DNA of 64,000 nucleotides from an uncultured Eubacteriales bacterium (lineage in GTDB: Bacteria; Bacillota; Clostridia; Oscillospirales; CAG-272): positions 1,927 through 65,926 of the forward strand of contig CAKSVM010000006.1 of assembly GCA_934503195.1 (NCBI GenBank), read 5' to 3'. This document shows positions 7,868 to 17,103 of the stretch, piece by piece; the stretch's first letter is position 1, and each line of letters starts with the position of its first letter. The notes beneath the pieces were generated by a model. That model was not told the origin of the DNA and made no database searches. It saw only the letters and a program-made list of their open reading frames with translations. Both the position numbers and the translations under genes were made by a program.

Positions 7868-9289
7868 ATGTTCGGTAATATCCATGAGGAATGCGGAGTC
7901 TTCGGAATCTACTCCGCGAAGGATCAGAATGTCGCGGCAACCGTTTACTACGGACTCTATTCGCTCCAGCACCGCGGTCAGGAAAGCTGCGGAATCGTCG
8001 TCGACCGCGACGGAGTCTTCACGTCGCACAAGGATATCGGCCTTGTGAACGAGGTGTTCGATCACGAAACACTCGCGAAGCTCGGCGAGGGCAACATCGC
8101 CGTCGGCCACGTCCGCTACGGAACGACCGGAGGAGGCAGCCGCGCGAACTGTCAGCCGATCGAGGTTCATCACATCAAGGGCAACATGGCGGTCGCGCAC
8201 AACGGAAATCTCACAAACGCCGCCGAGCTTCGCGCCGAGCTTGAACTCAAAGGCTCAATATTCCACACGACGAGCGACACCGAGATCATCGCCTACACCG
8301 TCACGCGCGAGAGACTGACCCATCCGTCGATCGAGGAGGCGATCAGCGCGGCTATGGACGAGCTTGAAGGCTCGTATTCGCTCATCATCATGTCGCCGAT
8401 GAAGCTGATCGCGCTTCGCGACAAGCGCGGAATGCGCCCCTTGTGCTACGGAATACGTCCGGACGGAAGCTATATAGTCGCGTCCGAGAGCTGCGCGCTT
8501 TCGGCGGTCGGGGCTATCTTTGTCCGCGATATCGAGCCGGGCGAGATCGTCGTCTTCGGAACCGAGGGCGTGAAGTCGATCAAGGATCACTGCAAGAAAG
8601 CTACGCCCGCGCTCTGCCTTTTCGAGTACATCTATTTCGCGCGCTCGGACTCGGTGATCGACGGCGTTTCGGTTCAGGAAGCGCACTTAAAAGCCGGAGA
8701 ATATCTCGCCGCCGAGCATCCGGTTGACGCGGACATCGTGATCGGCGTCCCCGACTCGGGAATCGACGCCGCGCTGGGATACTCAAGAGCGTCGGGAATT
8801 CCCTATGGAATCGGATTCGTCAAGAACAAATACATCGGCCGCACCTTCATCTCGCCCGGGCAGTCCGAGCGCGAGGACAAGGTCCGCATCAAATTGAGTC
8901 CGATTGAAAGCGCGATAAAGGGAAAAAGAGTCGTCCTTGTCGATGACTCGATCGTCAGAGGAACGACCTCGGGACACATCGTGAAGCTCGTACGTGAGGC
9001 GGGAGCGACCGAAGTCCACGTCCGGATCTCTTCCCCACCCTTCGTAAGCCCGTGCTACTACGGCACCGATATCGACTCCTGCGACAATCTGATCGCCTGC
9101 CACCACACGAACGAGGAGATCGCGCGGATAATCGGCGCAGACTCGCTCGGTTATCTGAGCCTTGACCACGCCTGCCATTTAGCCGGAAACGCACCGCACT
9201 GCGCCGCCTGCTTCGGCGGAGGTTATCCGACGAAAATTCCCGAGGAAGGCGCGAAGAACCGCTTCGAGAACCCCATAAAGAAGAAATAA
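7868..9289 (+). CDS. purF: amidophosphoribosyltransferase
   Basis: 473 aa. ECGVFGIY Ntn cysteine, PRTase loop VVLVDDSIVRGTT, C-terminal Fe-S cysteines. Confidence 0.95.
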   Translation: MFGNIHEECGVFGIYSAKDQNVAATVYYGLYSLQHRGQESCGIVVDRDGVFTSHKDIGLVNEVFDHETLAKLGEGNIAVGHVRYGTTGGGSRANCQPIEVHHIKGNMAVAHNGNLTNAAELRAELELKGSIFHTTSDTEIIAYTVTRERLTHPSIEEAISAAMDELEGSYSLIIMSPMKLIALRDKRGMRPLCYGIRPDGSYIVASESCALSAVGAIFVRDIEPGEIVVFGTEGVKSIKDHCKKATPALCLFEYIYFARSDSVIDGVSVQEAHLKAGEYLAAEHPVDADIVIGVPDSGIDAALGYSRASGIPYGIGFVKNKYIGRTFISPGQSEREDKVRIKLSPIESAIKGKRVVLVDDSIVRGTTSGHIVKLVREAGATEVHVRISSPPFVSPCYYGTDIDSCDNLIACHHTNEEIARIIGADSLGYLSLDHACHLAGNAPHCAACFGGGYPTKIPEEGAKNRFENPIKKK

Positions 9290-9294
9290 CAAAT

Positions 9295-9322
9295 CACCGT
9301 CAGCGAAAAAACGCTGACGGTG
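9295..9322. terminator. bidirectional terminator between purF and GNAT gene
   Basis: CACCGTCAGCG-A6-CGCTGACGGTG, an 11-bp perfect stem. Confidence 0.8.
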
Positions 9323-9326
9323 TCGT

Positions 9327-9848
9327 TTATTTGTTCATTTTCTTCCATTCGCCGCGGCTTATCGAATATACCTCGCAAAGCTCGCCATCATTGTCGGTGA
9401 ACCCGGACTCAAACTTCATGCCGATCGACTTTGCCGTCGCTGACGACGCGATGTTGTCCTTCTTCATGTAAGAGCAGATCACGCCGAACGGAGTGCTTTC
9501 GAAGCTGTAATCGAGTACGCCGCGCGCCGCCTCGGACGCGTAGCCGCGTCGCTGATGAACCCGCGCGATGTGATAGCCGATCTCCGGGCGGATGAATCCG
9601 TTCACGTTCTGCATCGTAAGTCCGCAGTCGCCGATCATCTCTCCGGTCGATTTCAGCGTCACCGCCCAAAGTCCGAAGCCGAAGACACGATAACGTTCGA
9701 TGTTGCGGTCGATCCAGAATCTGACCCGCTTTTCGTCAAAGGTGTGCGGATAGTGCCGCATTATGTCCGAGTCGCCAAGAACCTTATAGAGAGCGTCGAA
9801 GTCGTCGTGCGTCATCTCGCGCAGGATAAGGCGTTCAGTCGTTATCAT
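9327..9848 (-). CDS. GNAT family N-acetyltransferase (RimJ/RimL-like)
   Basis: 173 aa. TERLILREMTHDD..FGLWAV..IGYHIARVHQRRGYASEAA pattern of the Acetyltransf_3 type. Confidence 0.8.
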   Translation of the reverse strand: MITTERLILREMTHDDFDALYKVLGDSDIMRHYPHTFDEKRVRFWIDRNIERYRVFGFGLWAVTLKSTGEMIGDCGLTMQNVNGFIRPEIGYHIARVHQRRGYASEAARGVLDYSFESTPFGVICSYMKKDNIASSATAKSIGMKFESGFTDNDGELCEVYSISRGEWKKMNK

Positions 9849-9888
9849 ATTTTCCGCCTTTCATATCATTTAATATATATCATATGAT

Positions 9889-9917
9889 ATTATACATTGT
9901 CCGAAGCGTTTTGTCAA
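9889..9917 (-). promoter_or_regulatory. GNAT gene promoter
   Basis: Minus strand TTGACA - 17 nt - TATAAT. Overlapped by the 14-bp palindrome ATATCATATGATAT (9877-9890). Confidence 0.65.
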
Positions 9918-9988
9918 GTGATTCCAAAAAATGTTACAAATCAAAACCCACGGTTGTTTTTTCAAGCATATGATATACCAAGCGGTGC

Positions 9989-10017
9989 TTGACTTTCCCA
10001 CCTCGCTGTGGTAAAAT
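9989..10017 (+). promoter_or_regulatory. promoter of XRE-family regulator
   Basis: TTGACT - 17 nt - TAAAAT with TGG extended -10. Confidence 0.6.
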
Positions 10018-10062
10018 ATAGACAGGATGATCGATCGTCACTTTTTTCTAAGGAGCAATAAA

Positions 10063-11157
10063 ATGAACATCACAATGAATTCCACCCTCCGCGCGCTCAG
10101 GCGCGAGAAAAACGTCACTCAGGAGGAGCTCGCAAATCACCTCGGCATCACCGCGCAGTCGGTCGGAAAATGGGAGCGCGGCGAGGGATTTCCCGACATA
10201 ACCCTTCTCCCCGCGCTCGCGCTCTACTTCGGCGTCACGACCGACGAGCTTTTGGGCATCGACAAGGCGCGGATTGATGAGCGGATAAAATCGCTCGAAG
10301 CCGAAAGTCTCCGGCTCCGGAATCTCGGCGACGTCCCGGCGAATCTCGCGCTCTGGGAGGACGCTTACAAGGAGTTCCCGAACAACTGCCGCGTCATGGC
10401 AGGCCTCATGGACGCGCTCGGTCAGGATCCGCACTATCCGCACCCGAAGGAGATCTGCGAACGCCGCATCGAACTCGGCGAGCGCGTTTTAGCGGAGTCG
10501 ACCGACTCAAAGCTCCGCGAACACGCCGCTTCGTCGCTCTGCTATGTCTACAATGAGCTTCACGAAACAAAAAACGCGCTGAAATACGCCGATATGTGCG
10601 GCTCGGTCTACTGCACACGGCAGAGTCTGTCCGCATTTGTCACCGACGGCGAGGAGGGCGTGAAATTGACGCAGAAATATCTGCTCGCGCTGATTCAGAG
10701 CGCGGCGTTCGCCGCCTCCGACATGACGCTGAAATCCTGCTCGACCGACGACGAACGGCTCGCCGCGCTTGAGTTCGCGGTCTCGCTTTTCAGGCTGCTC
10801 TTCTCTGACGGGCGGTCCGGCTTCTGTGCGAATGATCTGTCGGTATTCCACGAATGGATCGCCTTCGTGCACGCGAAGCGAGAGGATAAAGAAAAGACGC
10901 TCGCGGCTCTCGCCGAAAGCGTCAGATACGCGGTCGAGGCGTCGGAAATCACCGTCGGCTACGCTTACACCGCGCCTATGGTCAACCGCCTCGTCTTCGA
11001 TCAGAGGTCAGGCTCGAAGAACTACAAGGGCAATGCCTGCGACTTACTGCTCGATGATTTCACCACAAAATCCTTTGATTTCATCCGAGACGACGAGCGG
11101 TTCAGTGAGCTTGAATTAAAACTGAGATCTCACGCCGAAAATCAGAAGACGAGCTGA
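10063..11157 (+). CDS. XRE-family HTH transcriptional regulator with long helical (TPR-like) C-terminal domain
   Basis: Start set at [40 protein letters not shown], preceded by AAGGAG. About 300 aa of helical-repeat-like C-terminus follow. Confidence 0.8.
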   Translation: MNITMNSTLRALRREKNVTQEELANHLGITAQSVGKWERGEGFPDITLLPALALYFGVTTDELLGIDKARIDERIKSLEAESLRLRNLGDVPANLALWEDAYKEFPNNCRVMAGLMDALGQDPHYPHPKEICERRIELGERVLAESTDSKLREHAASSLCYVYNELHETKNALKYADMCGSVYCTRQSLSAFVTDGEEGVKLTQKYLLALIQSAAFAASDMTLKSCSTDDERLAALEFAVSLFRLLFSDGRSGFCANDLSVFHEWIAFVHAKREDKEKTLAALAESVRYAVEASEITVGYAYTAPMVNRLVFDQRSGSKNYKGNACDLLLDDFTTKSFDFIRDDERFSELELKLRSHAENQKTS

Positions 11158-11468
11158 ACCAGCAGCATATATACGATAGTTCCGCCCGCGATTGAGAGCA
11201 GCATCTGCCGTCTCCAAGCGTGGAGTCCGACGACGACGGCGATCGCGATAAGCTCGGGAATTCCGTGGCTTCCGGTGAAGATACTGACATTTTTGAGGCA
11301 GTAGATTATCAGCATCCCGAAAACGGCGGGCGGAAGAACTTTGCCGAGATATTTCACATATTTCGGCGTCAGCTTTCCGGCCGGGAAGATTATAAACGGC
11401 AGGAAACGCGTGACCATCGTGCCGAGCACGACCATCGCGATCGTGATTATCTGTTCGGTGAACGTCAT
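11142..11468 (-). CDS. azlD: branched-chain amino acid transport protein AzlD
   Basis: 108-aa hydrophobic protein directly downstream of and overlapping azlC. Confidence 0.8.
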   Translation of the reverse strand: MTFTEQIITIAMVVLGTMVTRFLPFIIFPAGKLTPKYVKYLGKVLPPAVFGMLIIYCLKNVSIFTGSHGIPELIAIAVVVGLHAWRRQMLLSIAGGTIVYMLLVQLVF

Positions 11469-12169
11469 GCCGCCTCACCGCCCTTCTCCAGCTTGAGTCT
11501 CGCCGCGCTCAGGATAACGAGAATTCCGATCATCGACGGGATTATGAAGCTGTCCGCGCCGAAGATGATAAGGCAGAGAAGCGAAATTCCGAGTCCGAGG
11601 AAGGACGGGATGTGATTTTTCTCCTTTAAGAACTGCTCCATGAAGATGACGACGAACATCGCCGTCATGACGAAATCGAGTCCCTCGGTGTTGAATTTGA
11701 TCAGCGAGCCGAAGATTCCGCCGAGCGTCGCGCCCGAGACCCAGTAGAGCTGATTCAAGAGCGTAACGAAGAACATGAACCAGCCCTTGTCGACGTCCTC
11801 GGGAATGTCGGCGGTGTAATTTATCGAAAAGGTCTCGTCGCACATTCCGAAGATCAGATAGAGCTTTTTGAGTCCGGTGCCGCGGAACTTGTCGAGCATC
11901 GGGATGCCGTAGAATAAATGCCGCGCGTTCACCATGAGCGTCAGCATGAACGCGCCAATCGGATCGAAGTTTCCGAGAAGAAGCGTCACCGTCACAAATT
12001 CCATCGAGCCCGCGAAAATCGTCATGCTCATGAGACAGGGATAGAGGAATCCGAAGCCCTCGGCGTTCATATAGATGCCGTAGGTCAGAGCGATGAACCA
12101 GAACCCCGCGAAAATCGGGATCGTGTGCGGAAACGCCGCTTTTAACGCTTTGAGGTATTTGCTTTCCAT
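11465..12169 (-). CDS. azlC: AzlC family branched-chain amino acid exporter subunit
   Basis: 234-aa polytopic membrane protein. N-terminus [22 protein letters not shown] is typical of AzlC. Confidence 0.8.
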   Translation of the reverse strand: MESKYLKALKAAFPHTIPIFAGFWFIALTYGIYMNAEGFGFLYPCLMSMTIFAGSMEFVTVTLLLGNFDPIGAFMLTLMVNARHLFYGIPMLDKFRGTGLKKLYLIFGMCDETFSINYTADIPEDVDKGWFMFFVTLLNQLYWVSGATLGGIFGSLIKFNTEGLDFVMTAMFVVIFMEQFLKEKNHIPSFLGLGISLLCLIIFGADSFIIPSMIGILVILSAARLKLEKGGEAA

Positions 12170-12185
12170 TTTCTTTTTCTTTCTT

Positions 12186-12221
12186 AATAAAAATACGCGG
12201 TGGGAATTTCTCCCACTGCGT
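12186..12221 (-). terminator. terminator at the end of the BMC operon
   Basis: ACGCAGTGGGA..TCCCACCGCGT hairpin followed by a T-rich tract on the minus strand, 30 nt after the Fe-ADH stop. Confidence 0.7.
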
Positions 12222-12251
12222 ATGTGTCGTTTTATGTCAGATTTGTTACAC

Positions 12252-13397
12252 TCAGAGAAGCTTCGAGAGTATCTCCTCGACTCCCTCGGGCGTCATCTTA
12301 CGCGGATTTGTCGCCGTGCAGGCGTCCTTGAGAGCCGCCTCAATGATCGCGGGCTTCTGCGCCTCGTAAGCCTCGCGCGAAACTCCGGCGTCAGCGAGGG
12401 TGAGCGGGGTTCCGGTCATCCTGAGCATATAGGTCAGATGATCGCAGAGCGCGATTACGAGCGAGTTCGTGTCGAGCGGATTTTTTCCGCCCGAAAGACC
12501 GATCATCTTCGCGATATTCGCGAGTCTCAGCGAGGCTCTTGTCTCACACTTCGCGCCGAAGTTCGCCGAAAGATCGGCGTTGTAGCGCATGACGTGAGGC
12601 AGAAGCATCGCGTTCGCGCGTCCGTGCGGAATGTGGAACTTCGCGCCGAGCTGATGCGCGATTCCGTGATTCACTCCGAGCGAAACGGCGTTGAAGGCCA
12701 TTCCGGCAAGGCAGGACGCGGTGTGCATCTTGTCGCGCGCCTCGATATCGGCTCCGTTCGCGTAGGCTCTCGGAAGATACTCGAAAGCGAGTTTCAGTGC
12801 CTTCTCGGCGAGCGCGTCCGAATAATCGTTCGCCGCCGTAGAGATGTAAGCCTCCATCGCATGGGTGATGACGTCAAATCCGGTGTCGGCCGTGATTCTC
12901 GGCGGCGCGGAGACGACAAGCTCGGGATCGAGAATCGCAATATCGGGAAGAAGCTCGTCGTCAACGAGCGGATACTTGATTCCCTTCGCCTTGTCGGTGA
13001 TGACCGCGAAGCTTGTGACCTCAGATCCGGTTCCGCTGGTCGTCGGGATCGCGATGAGCTTTATCTGATCCTTGAAGCCCGAACGCTTCGCCATCAGAAT
13101 CGTCGCCTTCGCCGCGTCGATCGACGAGCCGCCGCCGAGCGCGACGACACAGTCGGCCTTCGCGTCAATAAGGAAAGCGAGTCCCGCGGCGATAAGCTCG
13201 ATCGGGGGATCGGGCTTGATCTCGCCGAAGATCTTCACCGAGTCAGCCGAGCCGAGCTTTGATTTTATATTCTCAGCCGCGCCCGAGCTTACCATGAAGG
13301 CGTCGGTGAAGATGACGACATTTCCCTTTTGCTCCGAGAGGACGTTCAACGCGCCCTCTCCGAAGCAGACATTTGTTTTGACCTTGAAGTTCTGCAT
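12252..13397 (-). CDS. iron-containing alcohol dehydrogenase (FucO/PduQ-like lactaldehyde/propanol dehydrogenase)
   Basis: 381 aa. GGGSSIDAAK, IPTTSGTGSEVT, LLPHVMRYNAD (shared with FucO as I recall it). Confidence 0.85.
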   Translation of the reverse strand: MQNFKVKTNVCFGEGALNVLSEQKGNVVIFTDAFMVSSGAAENIKSKLGSADSVKIFGEIKPDPPIELIAAGLAFLIDAKADCVVALGGGSSIDAAKATILMAKRSGFKDQIKLIAIPTTSGTGSEVTSFAVITDKAKGIKYPLVDDELLPDIAILDPELVVSAPPRITADTGFDVITHAMEAYISTAANDYSDALAEKALKLAFEYLPRAYANGADIEARDKMHTASCLAGMAFNAVSLGVNHGIAHQLGAKFHIPHGRANAMLLPHVMRYNADLSANFGAKCETRASLRLANIAKMIGLSGGKNPLDTNSLVIALCDHLTYMLRMTGTPLTLADAGVSREAYEAQKPAIIEAALKDACTATNPRKMTPEGVEEILSKLL

Positions 13398-13400
13398 AAC

Positions 13401-13949
13401 TTACAGAATAGAATCCCAGAGACGTTTGTCGGGATTCGGGATGACCGAGCTGTCGAGGAGCATTCCGTCCTCGGAAGCCACGGTCTCGGCGCGCTCGATT
13501 GCCGCGGTGACAGCCGCTACGTCTCCGGTGAGGAGGACATACGACTTGCCGCACATTCCGCGCGCGAGTCTCAGCTCGATGAGCGAGACGAGCGAGGTCT
13601 TAGCCGCCGCGTCAGCCGCCGTGATAGCCGCCGCCGCGTTGAAGGTCTCGATGACTCCGAGAGCCTTTACGTCGCCGAACTCGGCCGCGCCGTAGATCGC
13701 GGGAAAGATCGAGTCGTGCGGATTTCCAAGCACGAACGATCCGATTATTTTCTGTGAGTGAGCGGTCTTTGCCGCGTCGACCGAAGCCTTTACCGCGCTG
13801 AGATCGCCTGTGATGAGGACAAGATACTTTCCGGGGCAGACAGGCTGGCTTTCGAGAATCTCGACCTCTGCGGTCTTGAGCATAAGATCCGCGCACTGAA
13901 TTCCGGTCGAGATCGTCTGACACTCGACCATTCCGATTGCTTTACTCAT
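13401..13949 (-). CDS. pduT: tandem-BMC-domain shell protein (BMC-T, PduT-like)
   Basis: 182 aa with two BMC repeats. Cys38 in VCPGKY sits at the position of the PduT pore Fe-S ligand. Confidence 0.8.
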   Translation of the reverse strand: MSKAIGMVECQTISTGIQCADLMLKTAEVEILESQPVCPGKYLVLITGDLSAVKASVDAAKTAHSQKIIGSFVLGNPHDSIFPAIYGAAEFGDVKALGVIETFNAAAAITAADAAAKTSLVSLIELRLARGMCGKSYVLLTGDVAAVTAAIERAETVASEDGMLLDSSVIPNPDKRLWDSIL

Positions 13950-14075
13950 TTTATCAATATTTAGCTTTCGCCGCTGCGAAAGCTTCCTTTCGCTTGGTTA
14001 GTTTTCGGCGGTTCTCCGCAGGAGAATGACGGTCATCGGCCGTCAGGACGAAAACTATTATTCCTCTTCGCAGAT

Positions 14076-15443
14076 TTATGCGTGTATGATGACGTACTTC
14101 GGAGTGACCTCGGTGACCGTTCCGTCGATCGAGGCGTGAACCGGCATCGAGAGCTTGCCCTCAGCCGCGGTTCCGATAACGTCGCCGGTCTTTACCGCGT
14201 CGCCCGGCTTTACCGAAGCGGCCGCCGGAACGCCTATCGACTGGCTGAGCATAACCTTTACGGTTGCCGGCTTAATCTCGGTGTCGACGATCGGAGCCGG
14301 CTTGTCGTAGGACGAGAGTCCGAGTCTCGCGGTAAGCCGCTCGACCGGAACCATTCTGCCCGAACGATAGGGATTGACTTCGTCCATCTTGACGTTCGGA
14401 TCGGGCTTGATTCCGTTCGCGCGGAGTCCGGCCTTGACCTCGCCGATGAGCGTGCGCGGGGAGAGTCCCTGTCCGCAGGCGTACATCTCGCAGAGTCCGC
14501 AGGCCGAGCAGTACATGGTGTTGACGAAAGGCTTCAGATCCTTCGTGACACCCGAGGTTGCCGAGCGCATGAAAAGGTGCGGCTCGATCGGATGTCCGAG
14601 AAGATGACGCGAGCAAAGGTCAGTACACATACGGCACTGGCAGCAGGCCGCCATCGCGCGGTGCATATCGATTTTGATCTTCGCGGTCTTCTTCTGGATG
14701 ACGAAGCTGTTCTTCGGGAGTACGAGAACGGCGTTTGAGGTCTTCGTTACGACGTCATTTTCGGTGACGATACGTCCGGTCATGGGGCCACCGCCGACAA
14801 GGGCGTAGTCCTTTATCGTCGCGCCTCCGGCCATTTCGATGAGTTCTCCGTAGGTCATTCCGAGCGGAGCCTTGTAGGTGGAGGGGTTCTTAACCTCTCC
14901 GGCGATTGTTATGTACTTCGATGTGACCGGCTTCGACTCGTTCATCGCGCACCAGATGTTATAAACCGTCTCAACGTTGTAGACGATACATCCGACCGTG
15001 ATCGGAAGCGCGCCCGGACGGACAACTCTTCCGGTTGTCTCGTAGATGGTCACGACTTCGTCGCCCGCCGGGTAAACCTCGGGCAGGAAGCCGATCGACG
15101 CCTTCGGAAATTCGGGAAGCACCTTCTCGACCGCCTTGACCGCCTCCTTGTAAGCCGGCTTTACCGCGATAATAACGCGTCCGGCGTCAAGGGTGTCGGC
15201 GATTATGGAAAGCGTTCCGACGATCTCGCGCGCGTATCTTTCGAGAACCTGTCTGTGGAGCTTAAGAAGCGGCTCACATTCAGCACAGTTGAGGATGACC
15301 GTGTCAGCGGCGGCGTTGAGCTTGGCGTAGGACGGGAATCCCGCGCCTCCCGCGCCCGCGACACCGGAATTCCTCATGAGTTCCGATAATTCAGTTAACT
15401 GCATATTTTTATCTGCCCTGCCGGACGGAAATCCGTCCGGCAA
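14076..15443 (-). CDS. pduS: PduS/RnfC-like flavin/Fe-S oxidoreductase (SLBB + 2x[4Fe-4S] motifs)
   Basis: GVAGAGGAGFPSYAKL NADH-binding-type N-terminus; CCQCRMCTDLC and CSACGLCEMYAC clusters. The start is ambiguous: TTG 15443 or ATG 15404 (MQLTELSEL). Confidence 0.8.
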   Translation of the reverse strand: MPDGFPSGRADKNMQLTELSELMRNSGVAGAGGAGFPSYAKLNAAADTVILNCAECEPLLKLHRQVLERYAREIVGTLSIIADTLDAGRVIIAVKPAYKEAVKAVEKVLPEFPKASIGFLPEVYPAGDEVVTIYETTGRVVRPGALPITVGCIVYNVETVYNIWCAMNESKPVTSKYITIAGEVKNPSTYKAPLGMTYGELIEMAGGATIKDYALVGGGPMTGRIVTENDVVTKTSNAVLVLPKNSFVIQKKTAKIKIDMHRAMAACCQCRMCTDLCSRHLLGHPIEPHLFMRSATSGVTKDLKPFVNTMYCSACGLCEMYACGQGLSPRTLIGEVKAGLRANGIKPDPNVKMDEVNPYRSGRMVPVERLTARLGLSSYDKPAPIVDTEIKPATVKVMLSQSIGVPAAASVKPGDAVKTGDVIGTAAEGKLSMPVHASIDGTVTEVTPKYVIIHA

Positions 15444-15475
15444 GGCTCCTTTCTCTTGTTCAGATGTTCAGAGCT

Positions 15476-15748
15476 TCAGACTTCAAGTCCCTGCGCGTCG
15501 TCAACGATTCCGACGACCGCCGCGTCGCAGGGCGCGTCGGTGATCTGGCAGGCGAGTCTCGCCGCGCTTCCGGTCGAAACGAGTACGATGTCTCCGATGC
15601 CCGCGCCGATGTTATCGACCGCGACAAAACTCTCGCTGGGAATATTTCCGGATTTCCGAAGCGGCTCAATCACAAGGAACTTTGAGCCGATGAGCTTTTC
15701 GTCCTTGCGCGTCGCCACAACGCTTCCGGTGACTTTTCCGATTATCAT
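15476..15748 (-). CDS. eutN: BMC vertex pentamer protein (EutN/CcmL/PduN family)
   Basis: 90 aa. MIIGKVTGSVVATRKDEKL..FLVIEPL pattern. Confidence 0.9.
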   Translation of the reverse strand: MIIGKVTGSVVATRKDEKLIGSKFLVIEPLRKSGNIPSESFVAVDNIGAGIGDIVLVSTGSAARLACQITDAPCDAAVVGIVDDAQGLEV

Positions 15749-16357
15749 TTACTTGAGAATGGGAAGGATCTTCTCCACATCGTCGTGAGGACGCGGGATG
15801 ACATGAGTAGCGATGACCTCGCCAAGACGCTCAGCCGATGCCGCGCCGGCCTCAACCGCGCTCTTCACGGCTCCGACGTCGCCGCGTACCATGACCGATA
15901 CGAGTCCGGATCCGATCTTCTCGGTTCCGACGAGCTCGACGTTAGCCGCCTTGAGCATAGCGTCTGCCGCTTCGATTGCCGCAACGAGACCTTTGGTCTC
16001 GATCATTCCAAGTGCCTGAGTCATTTTTCTTACCTCCGAAATAATCTTTTCTTCGTGTTCTTCGCTTGTTTTCGCCGCCGGGATTTCCGGGGCGTTCTCC
16101 TTTGCCGGGCTGACCTCCGCGGTCTTTGTGTCGGCGGGAATACTTTCCGCCTTACTGTCTGACGCGGGAAGATCTTCCTTAAGCTCCGGCGCGGGAGATG
16201 CCGACGCGCTTTCACGCGCGGCTTCTGATGTTTTTTCCGGATCGACCTTTACGGTCTCCGGGATTTCCTTTTCAGGGGGCTTCGTTTCGGCCGCTTTTGA
16301 CGCGGTTTTGCGTCTGCGCGGCTTCGGAGCCGATTCGTTTGACTTATCCTCGGGCAT
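15749..16357 (-). CDS. BMC-H shell protein (PduA/EutM type) with 111-aa Pro/Glu/Lys/Ala/Ser-rich N-terminal extension
   Basis: The C-terminal 91 aa are a canonical BMC-H ([27 protein letters not shown]..). GGAGG RBS lies 8 nt before both ATG 16357 and internal ATG 16024. Confidence 0.75.
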   Translation of the reverse strand: MPEDKSNESAPKPRRRKTASKAAETKPPEKEIPETVKVDPEKTSEAARESASASPAPELKEDLPASDSKAESIPADTKTAEVSPAKENAPEIPAAKTSEEHEEKIISEVRKMTQALGMIETKGLVAAIEAADAMLKAANVELVGTEKIGSGLVSVMVRGDVGAVKSAVEAGAASAERLGEVIATHVIPRPHDDVEKILPILK

Positions 16358-16360
16358 ATT

Positions 16361-16666
16361 TCAGTCCTCCGATATGTCTATATTGTGATTCTTCGCGCTG
16401 AGAGCCAGAATCCGCTTTGTTTCCTCGTGCGGCGAGGCTATCACCGCCGACGCGACCGGCTTCATTATACAGCCGGACACGACCGCGTCAACCGCGGCTC
16501 TGACGTCCGAAACGTCGCCTGAGACGACTACCGTGACGAGTCTGCCGCCGAGCTTACGCTCAATCGTGACGAGAGTCACGTTCGCCGCCTTGCACATGAT
16601 GTCGAGCGCGTCGACAGCCGCGACGCTTCCCTCGACCTCGACAAGGCCGATTGCCTTAATTGCCAT
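16361..16666 (-). CDS. BMC-H shell protein
   Basis: MAIKAIGLVEVEGSVAAVDALDIMCKAANV.. BMC fold. I prefer ATG 16666 (AAAGG RBS). The ORF track extends to GTG 16699. Confidence 0.8.
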   Translation of the reverse strand: MAIKAIGLVEVEGSVAAVDALDIMCKAANVTLVTIERKLGGRLVTVVVSGDVSDVRAAVDAVVSGCIMKPVASAVIASPHEETKRILALSAKNHNIDISED

Positions 16667-16797
16667 TGTGATCAAGCCTTTCGCTTTGATGTCGGTCACT
16701 CCGGAAAAAGCCGGAATAATCGGAACTTCAGGGAAGGATATTCCGTGAAAACCACATTAAATAAGCCTTTTCCGTGACCGTTTAACGGGGATGCCGA

Positions 16798-17076
16798 TTA
16801 CTGGATGTGCGGAAGGATCTTCTCAACGTCGTTATGCGGACGCGGGATGACGTGGGTAGCGATGACCTCGCCGAGACGGCCGGCCGCCGCGTTTCCTGCC
16901 TCAACAGCCGCCTTGACAGCTCCGACGTCGCCGCGGACCATGACGGATACGAGTCCGGATCCGATCTTTTCGGTTCCGACGAGAGTTACCTCAGCTGCCT
17001 TTACCATTGCGTCAGCTGCTTCGATTGCCGCGGTGAGACCTCTGGTCTCGATCATTCCGAGTGCTTCCTGTGCCAT
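16798..17076 (-). CDS. BMC-H shell protein (PduA/EutM type)
   Basis: 92 aa. About 85 % identical by eye to the C-terminal domain of 15749-16357. Confidence 0.9.
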   Translation of the reverse strand: MAQEALGMIETRGLTAAIEAADAMVKAAEVTLVGTEKIGSGLVSVMVRGDVGAVKAAVEAGNAAAGRLGEVIATHVIPRPHNDVEKILPHIQ

Positions 17077-17103
17077 TTTAATTTTCCTCCAAAATATTTT
17101 TCT

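Noticed and set aside
12093-13262. 389-aa plus-strand ORF
   Set aside because: Antisense to the Fe-ADH gene, which has unmistakable GGGSxxDxAK and other motifs. The Arg-rich translation is typical of a shadow ORF.
16700-16797. 98-nt spacer between two BMC-H genes with direct repeat TTCCGTGA (16741, 16770) and a 5-bp hairpin
   Set aside because: The structures are short and weak, and the repeat is only 8 nt. This is not enough to call an element.
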